From Bdellovibrionota bacterium (GTDB lineage: Bacteria > Bdellovibrionota_C > UBA2361 > CALJRW01), in the NCBI GenBank assembly GCA_041740355.1, contig JBGSMD010000046.1, positions 102,546 through 166,545 on the forward strand: 64,000 nt of DNA, given 5' to 3'. Position numbers and translations under genes: made by a program. This document shows positions 36,936 through 45,474 of the stretch, in pieces (the first letter of the stretch is position 1; each line of letters opens with the position of its first letter). The notes beneath the pieces are model-generated. The model had not been told where the DNA came from. It ran no database searches and saw only the letters and a program-made list of their open reading frames with translations.

Positions 36936-39437
36936 TTAATTAAAATCTTGCTGGGTAACTCCAATAATATCTCTTTTTCCGGTATAAATTTTGCTTGAGT
37001 CAAGGATGTAATATTCTACGCGAATAATTGAGCCATCTTTAACTTCAATTTCAAATTTCTTATCAAGCTCATTTAATAGTCTAGCATTCTTAAGTTGTAG
37101 GGGCTTTGTTTCTTCACGCTCTGATAGTTCAATCAGATCTTCTAGGCAATAGTCTCCTAGGTCTGCTAAATTGTTCTCATCAATTCTTCCTGCCTTAGCT
37201 CCACTACTACGAACTTTTGAGGCAAAGCGCGATCGGGTCAAAGCTTTTTTGATTGCTAGTTCAACAGCTTCTGAAATCCCTTTTATTAGTCCTTCCTTAA
37301 ACCCTTTGGCAGCACTCTCGGCGAGCTTGCTCATGAACTCGGAAGAGCTAATGCCAGCAGCTTTAGCAATTGCCTCAAAAGATTCTTTAAATGCTAAATT
37401 GCTGATCATTGCCGAGGCAAGACTTTTCTCAAAACTCTTTAAGAAATGCTTGGTAGCATTTTCTTCTACTTCTTTAGCAATATGTTTACTTGCTTCGGAA
37501 GTCAAAATTTCAACTATTTCTTTTTTGGTGGCATTGCTGCGGAATAGTCCTGAAGCAGTATGTGTCATTGCTTTGGCTTGAGCTTTAGAGATTCCATTTT
37601 CAATTAATTGCTTGGTTAAATCTTTGCTTCCATGCTGCAGTTGGCTAAATAGCATTTCAGCACTTTCTGTTAATGCTTTAGAAAGCCCAGACTTTTCAAT
37701 AATCTCTCTACCGGCAATTTGTCCTAATTCCGCAGCGCGAATGCCAACATTTTTAACAATAATCTCAGCTGTGTCTTTAGTGATTTCTGCGGAGCTTGTC
37801 TTCGCAATGATCTCGATCGTTTCTTTTGCTAGTGTTTCACCAGCTTCACGGGAAGCTTTTTCTGTAGCTTCCTCTAGAACAGTCTTTGGAACTTTACTGA
37901 GAGCAGTCTCGGCCAGTTCCTTTCCGAAAGCCTTAAAGGCATGCTTACCAACTCGTTCAATACCTTCACTTAAACTTAATCGACCTGTAGCTACTAGTGC
38001 GACTGTGCCACTCGCTGCACCAAGTGTGGACACTGTAGCAATAATACTACTAGCTGAGGCAACGGCAAATGCTAAGTGCATCACTGCTTGCCCAGCTTCT
38101 AATGCTGCTTCTAGATTTCTTCCTTGTCCATAAAGGATTAATGCTTTACTGCCATGTTTAAGAGTATAGTAACAGTCAGCTAAACCTGTAATTTCACAGA
38201 CACATTTTAAGCCTCCAATTACTCCATCCTTAACTGCTATTAAATTATTTTTTAAATTTTCATTAGCATATGCAAATCCCCCACCTGGCCTTACAAGATC
38301 GATACAATATTGATAAGGAGCTTTAACAGCACACCAGGCACCATTAATTAATTGAGAAAGCCCCATCGAGCTAGACATTTGTTTTACGAATTTCCAAGTT
38401 CCTTCGAGTGCTCCAATCGGATCTGTAATAATATTTACGATAGCCGTGCCAACTTGTTTCAATACCCAGAGCGTGGCTTTACCCGTGCCTTCTAAAACTT
38501 TTAGATAAAAGTTTGGATCACTTAAGGCCTCACCACAGTTGGAAAGCATCGTCCAGCTAGTCTCTTTAATTTTATCCCAGTCTAGGTTGGCTACTAACTT
38601 GCATGCACCACTTACGAGTTTGGTGATTCCTTTGCAGACAGCAGTGCTTGTATCTACAATTCCAATAGTTAAATCTTTTAGTGTATTTAATTTTTCGGAA
38701 ACCCAGCCTGTTGCTTGGTAATATTTTTGTTTGATCCAACTCATTTCACCATAGAGTTTATCGCGCTCCGCTACATAAGCACGAAGAAACTCCTCTTGAA
38801 TTTGATTCACTAAAGTTTGATCGGAATTAATTAAACTTGTAATTTTTTGGAGTTTTGTTTGAAATTCTTCTGTGGTGATAATTTGATTTGGATTTACTTG
38901 AAAGTGTTCTCTGGCGCTTTGCACAGCTAGCAGTGTTGTTGTTTTAAAAGCTGTTTCTTTTCTACTAATAAGAACTTCCCGTTCTCGCTGTTGTTCAGCA
39001 AGAAGTAGATCAAACTGTTTACTTGCAATATCTGAGGGATCTCTTAAAGCATTACCACCAGAATTAATTACCAAATCTCCAGTCTTGCTTCGTCCTTCTA
39101 GGTTTTTAAAAGTTTCTCGCTCTTCATTTACAATCGATGATTTACTGACAGTTAGGCCAGAAGTTTGAGAAGTTTTATCTTCGCTGGAATCCAATTCAGT
39201 TAAAGAAGTATCGGGGGTGCTCCTAAAATTATTTAACTCTTTTAATCCGGATTCTCGAAGTTTCTTCTTGCGAATACTCGCAAATGGATTTTGAGCGGCA
39301 GTGAAGTCATTTCGAGTTCGTTCTTCGGTATGGGTAGTTTTACTTGCCTTGGTCTCAGTTTGGGTAGGAGAGCTAGAATTATTGCTAGACGTTTCTGCCG
39401 GCTTGTTAGGTGATAATTGTAGATCGGCTTTGCTCAT
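36936..39437 (-). CDS. Hypothetical helical protein with S/T-rich N-terminus and a central Ala/Gly-rich hydrophobic segment
   Basis: 833-aa ORF; no family recognised. Confidence 0.75.
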   Translation of the reverse strand: MSKADLQLSPNKPAETSSNNSSSPTQTETKASKTTHTEERTRNDFTAAQNPFASIRKKKLRESGLKELNNFRSTPDTSLTELDSSEDKTSQTSGLTVSKSSIVNEERETFKNLEGRSKTGDLVINSGGNALRDPSDIASKQFDLLLAEQQREREVLISRKETAFKTTTLLAVQSAREHFQVNPNQIITTEEFQTKLQKITSLINSDQTLVNQIQEEFLRAYVAERDKLYGEMSWIKQKYYQATGWVSEKLNTLKDLTIGIVDTSTAVCKGITKLVSGACKLVANLDWDKIKETSWTMLSNCGEALSDPNFYLKVLEGTGKATLWVLKQVGTAIVNIITDPIGALEGTWKFVKQMSSSMGLSQLINGAWCAVKAPYQYCIDLVRPGGGFAYANENLKNNLIAVKDGVIGGLKCVCEITGLADCYYTLKHGSKALILYGQGRNLEAALEAGQAVMHLAFAVASASSIIATVSTLGAASGTVALVATGRLSLSEGIERVGKHAFKAFGKELAETALSKVPKTVLEEATEKASREAGETLAKETIEIIAKTSSAEITKDTAEIIVKNVGIRAAELGQIAGREIIEKSGLSKALTESAEMLFSQLQHGSKDLTKQLIENGISKAQAKAMTHTASGLFRSNATKKEIVEILTSEASKHIAKEVEENATKHFLKSFEKSLASAMISNLAFKESFEAIAKAAGISSSEFMSKLAESAAKGFKEGLIKGISEAVELAIKKALTRSRFASKVRSSGAKAGRIDENNLADLGDYCLEDLIELSEREETKPLQLKNARLLNELDKKFEIEVKDGSIIRVEYYILDSSKIYTGKRDIIGVTQQDFN

Positions 39438-39792
39438 AGAATTAAATTACTGACCAATACTAGTTCACATCGCTCTTTATTAGGGTACTGCTTCAATCTC
39501 TAAAATAATCATTATAGTCAGTAAAAATAAGTACTTATGACTATAGATTTATTATCTGAGATACTAATTTCTACAATAAGTAATTTTAAAAATATCGAGT
39601 CAGCAGGATAAGGGTCACATTCTTATGTCTGTTAGTATCCAATTCCTATTTTTACTCAGACTAGTAAAAAGTGCCTGCCCTTGGTATACAGTAGGACTGT
39701 TACTCTAACTATAGAACCAACAGACCTTATCCTACCCTCGTACTGTTGGATAAGGTAAATTGTCGACTTGGATTTAAAGTCTGAGGACAGAA

Positions 39793-40485
39793 TTGATTAG
39801 TACCAGATTTCTAATGAACCAAATTCAAAAAATTGAAAAACTACTTAATCGTTGGGAGCCGATACTGTGGATCTTATCTCTGCTAATGATTGTTGTGGCA
39901 AACTACTTAATCTTCATGGTTGTGCCTAACGAAAGAACAATGGGTGCAGTACAGCGAATTCTCTATTTTCATGTTGGGAGTGCCATCGCTTGTTATTTAG
40001 CGTTTGCTTTAGTCTTTATTTCTAGCGTTTTATATCTTGTTAAGAAAAACCATTTTTTTGATGCTTTAAATGTTTCGGCAGGTGAAGTCGGGTTTTTATT
40101 TTGCTCAATAGTGTTAGCAACAGGAATGATTTGGGGTAAGGCTAGTTGGGGTACTTGGTTTCAAATGGAACCTCGACTGATTACATTTCTTTTTCTTTGG
40201 ATGATTTTCCTGGCTTTTAATATCCTCAGAGCTTTTGATGATAAATTAACTAAAGCAAATCACTCTGCTGTTTTAGGAATAGTGGGAGCAATTACAGTTC
40301 CGATAATGGTGTATTCTATTAAATTGTTACCAGCATCTAAGCAGCTTCATCCCGAAGTAATTGAGAAAGCGGGTTTGCCACCGGTGATGTTATACACCAT
40401 GTGTTTTTCAATCCTAACTGTAATTGTTTTACAGTTCTTATTAATTTCAATGCGGTTTAGAATAGAACTTAGGAGTAAAAATTAA
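39793..40485 (+). CDS. ccmC: Heme exporter CcmC
   Basis: QRILYFHVG, GMIWGKASWGTWFQMEPRL (WWD-like domain), QLHP; ATG start probably 39814. Confidence 0.9.
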   Translation: MISTRFLMNQIQKIEKLLNRWEPILWILSLLMIVVANYLIFMVVPNERTMGAVQRILYFHVGSAIACYLAFALVFISSVLYLVKKNHFFDALNVSAGEVGFLFCSIVLATGMIWGKASWGTWFQMEPRLITFLFLWMIFLAFNILRAFDDKLTKANHSAVLGIVGAITVPIMVYSIKLLPASKQLHPEVIEKAGLPPVMLYTMCFSILTVIVLQFLLISMRFRIELRSKN

Positions 40486-40486
40486 A

Positions 40487-40636
40487 ATGGAAAACCCTGA
40501 TACCTTTCAAGCACTTTTTTGGGGATATAGCGTAATCTGGTTATTGATTGCTTCTTATCTGCTAATTCTTAGAAAAAAAATTAATAATCTTCAACCGCCC
40601 GTTAATAAAGAAAAATCAAATGACTTGGAAAATTAA
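40487..40636 (+). CDS. ccmD: CcmD-like small membrane protein (not in ORF track)
   Basis: Hand translation MENPDTFQALFWGYSVIWLLIASYLLILRKKINNLQPPVNKEKSNDLEN*: one TM with Y..IW then a basic patch; 1 bp after the ccmC stop. Confidence 0.72.
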   Translation: MENPDTFQALFWGYSVIWLLIASYLLILRKKINNLQPPVNKEKSNDLEN

Positions 40637-41282
40637 GAATGCTGAGTTTTTAATCTCAGCGGCAAATACTGTGCAGTTGCCAGTTGATCAACTTCCGGAG
40701 TTCGCGATAATTGGTCGCTCCAATGCTGGGAAATCAACCCTGCTAAATCGTATTTGTGGGAGAAGAGCACTGGCTCGAGTAAGCTCTCGCCCAGGGAAAA
40801 CTCAGCAAATTAATCTTTACTTGGTGACCCTTAGTAATGGTGTTGAAGATCGACAGATTTATATTAGCGATCTTCCTGGTTATGGCTATGCCAAGGTCTC
40901 AAAATCACTGCGATTAAATATTGCCAAGTTAGTAGTTAAGTATTTTGAGGAAAGAGAGCAACTAAAACTTGTCTTTTTGCTTTCAGATATTAAAAGAAAT
41001 GCCGATCAAACCGATGTTGATTTGCGTAACTTTGTTTATAATACGGAAACTTCAGTACAGGTCGTTTTAACTAAAGCTGACAAAGTAAATCAAAAAGAAA
41101 AAGCGGCTTCGGTGAAATTTAATTCCAGTAAGTTTGGCTTAGAGCCTGGGGATTTGATTTTTTCTTCCATGGATAAAGATCCAGTCGATATTTTTAAGCG
41201 GATTGCACTTGCTTTGGAATCTGAGACAGCATGGGACGCTACGACCAAGACTTCCTTTGTTAAGCCAATTCTAAGTAAATAA
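40620..41282 (+). CDS. engB: Ribosome biogenesis GTPase EngB (YihA/YsxC)
   Basis: GRSNAGKSTL, SSRPGKT, DLPGYGYAKVS, TKADK. Confidence 0.96.
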   Translation: MTWKIKNAEFLISAANTVQLPVDQLPEFAIIGRSNAGKSTLLNRICGRRALARVSSRPGKTQQINLYLVTLSNGVEDRQIYISDLPGYGYAKVSKSLRLNIAKLVVKYFEEREQLKLVFLLSDIKRNADQTDVDLRNFVYNTETSVQVVLTKADKVNQKEKAASVKFNSSKFGLEPGDLIFSSMDKDPVDIFKRIALALESETAWDATTKTSFVKPILSK

Positions 41283-41543
41283 TTTAAAAAAATATAAAAT
41301 TGTTAACACTGCTAAGGTTGCTCTAATTGAGTTAATTAAAGATTTTTTATAAATTCTTTTAGCTTTGGTTGCGGGCGTAACTTCCTGATAGGAAATACTA
41401 ATCATAATCTCATTTTCAAATTGCTTTAAGAAAATAAAAATTTGAACTAGTAGAGCAAAAGCTAATATTGAATAAACAAGTTCTGGGAGATTATAGAGAA
41501 AGTAGTAGCAACTAAATGAAATGCTTTGAATTAAGCTTGTCAT
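41271..41543 (-). CDS. Small two-TM hypothetical protein
   Basis: 90-aa ORF with two hydrophobic stretches. Confidence 0.45.
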   Translation of the reverse strand: MTSLIQSISFSCYYFLYNLPELVYSILAFALLVQIFIFLKQFENEIMISISYQEVTPATKAKRIYKKSLINSIRATLAVLTILYFFKLFT

Positions 41544-41671
41544 AAAACCTATTTAAAAAATACCTGAACCTTTAATCTGAGCAGTCGAATAAACAAAAAA
41601 CTAACTTATTAGACTCTTAATAAATATTATGAAGGATTTTGCTGACTAGTGACATTGCGGCAAAGCGAGGG

Positions 41672-43153
41672 TTATTCGTGCCAATTTTGAACTTTTGCAA
41701 CGGCTTTCCTCCAAAGCTTGCGATGCTCGGAAAGATTATTTTGGTTGATTTTCGGTGAAAACTTAATCGGGGGCTCTGCTAATATTGAATCCTTAAAAGG
41801 GTTAAATAAATTTGCCCCATAACCAGCAATTAAAAAAGCTCCGTAAGCAGTTGTTTCGCAACTCGCATTAACTAGAATTGTTGTTTGAGTTAGGTTGGCT
41901 AGAATTTGGTTAAAGAGATTATTTTTAATCATACCACCATCAATCTTTATTGCCTGAGAATTTTTTAATTCGGAAATTGCTAAAAGATCGGCAACTTGAT
42001 CAGCCACAGCTTCTAATGAAGCGTACGCAATTTCAGATCTAGAAGTATCCGCTGATATTCCAAACATTGCCCCACAGGCCTTGGGATCCCAGATTGGTGC
42101 GCCTAGTCCCGAGAATGCTGGAATAATAACTAATCCCTTACTGCTATCTGATTGTAAGGCTAATTGCTCAACTTGATCGGCAGAAGAAATTATTTGTAAT
42201 TTATCTCTTAGCCACTTAATTAAAGATCCAGCAATAAAAATACTTCCTTCTAGGGCATATGTAGTTTCTAGTTTGTCTGCTATTTTTAATTGCCAAGCGA
42301 TTGTTGAGAGCAGTCCATGATCCGAATAGCGTAATTTATTACCAGTGTTTTTTAAGAGAAAGGCTCCTGTTCCAAAGGTACACTTTAAATCATTATTGTG
42401 AACTCCCTGATGTCCTAATAAGGAGCTTTGCTGATCGCCGAGGACTCCCGTAATCGGAGCATCTAAGCCTAATAGCTTGGTTCTTCCAAAATTAGAATTA
42501 GATGGCAGGACTTGGCAAAGACTAGACTGCTTTACTTCAAAGTGCCCGAGGAGCTCTGCGTCCCACTTAAGACTTTCAATGTTGTAGAGCATAGTACGCG
42601 AAGCATTGCTAGCATCGGTTAGAAAATGAGGGTCTGAATCTTTGGTTAGTTGATAAATTAACCAAGAATCAACTGTTCCAAAGATACATTGGTCCTCTTT
42701 GTAAGCTGCTTGAACTTTCGGATTGTTTTGAATCAGCCAACGAATCTTAGTGGCAGAGAAATAAGGATCAATTGTGAGTCCTGTTTTTAGTTTGATCTTT
42801 TCAACCCATGAGGTTGATTTTAATTCTGAGCAATAATTAGCGGTTCGCTTGCATTGCCAAACAATTGCTGGCACAAGGGGTTCTCCTGTTATCTTATTCC
42901 AGGCAATAATGGTTTCTCTTTGATTAGTGATTCCTATAGCGAGAACCTTGCTTGGATCGATTTCGCAGAGCACATCTTTTAGAGATTGAAGTTGCGTGCT
43001 CCAAATTTCTAGTGGATCTTGTTCGACCCAATTTGGTTTGGGGTGAGATATTGAATACTCATAAGCAGAACTTGCAATTACCTTTCCTGACAAATCATAT
43101 AGTAATGATCTGGAAGAAGTAGTACCCTGATCTAAAGCTAGAATGTAGTTCAT
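41672..43153 (-). CDS. glpK: Glycerol kinase
   Basis: LDQGTTSSR, GITNQRET, DPYFSATK, SNASRT, GDQQ, YALEGS. Confidence 0.96.
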   Translation of the reverse strand: MNYILALDQGTTSSRSLLYDLSGKVIASSAYEYSISHPKPNWVEQDPLEIWSTQLQSLKDVLCEIDPSKVLAIGITNQRETIIAWNKITGEPLVPAIVWQCKRTANYCSELKSTSWVEKIKLKTGLTIDPYFSATKIRWLIQNNPKVQAAYKEDQCIFGTVDSWLIYQLTKDSDPHFLTDASNASRTMLYNIESLKWDAELLGHFEVKQSSLCQVLPSNSNFGRTKLLGLDAPITGVLGDQQSSLLGHQGVHNNDLKCTFGTGAFLLKNTGNKLRYSDHGLLSTIAWQLKIADKLETTYALEGSIFIAGSLIKWLRDKLQIISSADQVEQLALQSDSSKGLVIIPAFSGLGAPIWDPKACGAMFGISADTSRSEIAYASLEAVADQVADLLAISELKNSQAIKIDGGMIKNNLFNQILANLTQTTILVNASCETTAYGAFLIAGYGANLFNPFKDSILAEPPIKFSPKINQNNLSEHRKLWRKAVAKVQNWHE

Positions 43154-43162
43154 ACAGTTATT

Positions 43163-44644
43163 ATGATACCAGTAAAAAGATCAGAAATCATTAATCAAAT
43201 TAACTCCGGGGATGTTTTTGATTTACTAATTATTGGGGGTGGAATTCACGGAGCAGTAACTGCACGCTTAGCAAGTCAGTATGGGTTGAAAACTGCTCTG
43301 CTTGAAAAATCTGATTATGCTTCAGGCACATCCAGTCGAAGTTCTAAGATGGCTCATGGAGGTCTTCGGTATTTAGAATTATTTGATTTTGAACAGGTAT
43401 TAGAAGGCGTTAAGGCTCGAGAAAAACTTTATCAAGATTTTCCAGGACAAGTGGTGCCGCATCCCTTTTATATTCCAGTTTATAAAAAGGATTGGTTTTT
43501 TAAATTTAAGCTTGGGCTAGGGTTAAAACTTTATGACTTTTTTAATCGCAGTAAGACGCATCGTCATTACTGGGTTAATTCCAAGGAACTTGCTGAAAGC
43601 TTGCCGGAATTAAAGTCACAAAATTTAATGGGATGTTACTGCTATTATGATGGGCTGATGTGTGATTATCGTTTAGTTATTGATAATATTACCGCAGCTA
43701 GAAAAAATGCGTCATGTCTAAATTATGCTGAAGTTAAATCTATTAAACAACAAAATGATTTTGTAGAAATTACCTTTCTTGATACTTACAAGGGAGTTGA
43801 ATATCAGCTAAAAGCTAAAACAATCATAAATACCTCCGGCAATAAAGTTGATGATTTTGGTAAAAATCAAGATGTAACTTTAAAATTTAGCCGAGGTTCC
43901 CATTTGTTATTTAATCGCACGTGGAATGGTCCGGCGCTTTTTTTGCCACTTGCTGGTAAAGCACGCTATTATTTTGTCTGGCCGCACTTTGCAGGCACTT
44001 TAGTTGGAACTACAGAGAGAGAGATCGATTTCTTGGTCGATGATCCGAAACCAAGTGCGGATGAAATTTCAGAAATCATAGAACGCTTAAAAAAAGACTT
44101 GCCGAATACTGACCTTAATGAAAACACTTTACACTATTCCTTTGCCGGCATTCGAGCGCTGCCAGTAAAACAAGGTGAAAATAAAAACACTGCACAAATT
44201 TCAAGGAAGCATCATTGGATTCAAAGTGATCGAGTCATTTCATTGTATGGTGGTAAGTATACAACCAGCGAGTGGACAGCCAGTGAGGGTTTGAAGTTAG
44301 CATTAATAAAATTAGAGAATTTCTCGGCGCAAGAATTTAAAAAACTTGGACAGATGGAAGCCCCAAGTGCTAATTTAATGAATGTCAGACAGCAATATCT
44401 TGCTAACAAAAGATTACAGTTCAATTTACCTCGCGCCAGTGAAGTTTTTGTAGATTATAAAACACAAACTATTCTAGCAGGCGAGTGCTTACAAGGTGAG
44501 ATTGAAAATGCCTTTCTCTATGAACAAGCAATGACTCTTGAGGATTTTATGTTTAGAAGATCGGGGATAGGCTATTTAAATAACTCTGATAAGATTTTAG
44601 CAGAGTTAAAGCCCGAGATTGATAAATTCATAACTAAAATCTAG
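43163..44644 (+). CDS. glpD: FAD-dependent glycerol-3-phosphate dehydrogenase
   Basis: DLLIIGGGIHG, DYASGTSSRSSKMAHGGLRYL, RGSHL, GTTE, GGKYTT. Confidence 0.92.
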   Translation: MIPVKRSEIINQINSGDVFDLLIIGGGIHGAVTARLASQYGLKTALLEKSDYASGTSSRSSKMAHGGLRYLELFDFEQVLEGVKAREKLYQDFPGQVVPHPFYIPVYKKDWFFKFKLGLGLKLYDFFNRSKTHRHYWVNSKELAESLPELKSQNLMGCYCYYDGLMCDYRLVIDNITAARKNASCLNYAEVKSIKQQNDFVEITFLDTYKGVEYQLKAKTIINTSGNKVDDFGKNQDVTLKFSRGSHLLFNRTWNGPALFLPLAGKARYYFVWPHFAGTLVGTTEREIDFLVDDPKPSADEISEIIERLKKDLPNTDLNENTLHYSFAGIRALPVKQGENKNTAQISRKHHWIQSDRVISLYGGKYTTSEWTASEGLKLALIKLENFSAQEFKKLGQMEAPSANLMNVRQQYLANKRLQFNLPRASEVFVDYKTQTILAGECLQGEIENAFLYEQAMTLEDFMFRRSGIGYLNNSDKILAELKPEIDKFITKI

Positions 44645-44817
44645 TTATTTTATGCGTTTAGCTATTAAAATTTACCTTAACTTCTAATTTTATTAGTCGA
44701 TATCAATATAGCGGATATATACTAAGCGACTACTTGGGGCAAATGCCGCGCCATGTGATTTCATTTATGATTGTTGCACTTAGACGTTATCCTATGTTTT
44801 TAAATTAATTAATTAGC

Positions 44818-45063
44818 ATGTTACCATCACCAGAACCAAAACAAGTAAACTCAAGAATCGATTTAGCTAACGAACAAACAGGATTAAAGATTCATCCAAA
44901 TTTTTATATTGGAGCAGCATTTGCATTAACAGCAATCCTTTCATTTGATGTGGGGAAGTCAGTTGGAATTAAAGAGGGTAAGGCTATGCTACCTGAGCCA
45001 ACTTATGTGGAGCTTCCATCCCCTGAAAAATTGGATTTAAAATCTATTCCTATAAAGGATTGA
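44818..45063 (+). CDS. Small single-TM hypothetical protein
   Basis: 81 aa with a central hydrophobic helix; LPSPE occurs twice and LPEP once. Confidence 0.5.
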   Translation: MLPSPEPKQVNSRIDLANEQTGLKIHPNFYIGAAFALTAILSFDVGKSVGIKEGKAMLPEPTYVELPSPEKLDLKSIPIKD

Positions 45064-45167
45064 GCGAGTCTTTAAGCAGAAATACTCTGATTAGGAATAA
45101 AGTTTTTCACACATAGAGAGGACATCGTCTAATCTTTTGGTTCCCCATATATATTTAATCCGCCTTA

Positions 45168-45316
45168 TATAGTGATGACAAAAAATAAATTACTTAAAAA
45201 TTTAATAGATCAATTTGTTTTTTTGTCATAACTATATGATTTTATTATCCCACCGGGGGATAGAAAGCCCCAAAAAGTAATTTCCTTACGTAAATTACTT
45301 TTTGGACTTTCTATAT
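45168..45316 (+). repeat. 149-bp three-hairpin dispersed repeat, copy 2
   Basis: Same orientation as and closely similar to 19422-19570. Confidence 0.9.
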
Positions 45317-45474
45317 TAGTAAAGTTTTAAGCGCTTAAGTCTCCTTATTAAAATAGATTGCAATTTATAAGCCCAGTAAGTATATTCTACACTTCTTAAA
45401 ATATTGAATTTTCCTGAGATTTGTGTTGGGAAATTTCCGTCTAGTAGCTAGTTTTATTCATTTACTGAGGTCAC

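Noticed and set aside
37171-38721. Plus-strand ORFs of 136, 173 and 60 aa
   Set aside because: Antisense shadows of the Ala-rich 833-aa gene.
39724-39757. Hairpin ACCTTATCC...GGATAAGGT upstream of ccmC
   Set aside because: Isolated stem without a U-tract or a second copy; function cannot be supported.
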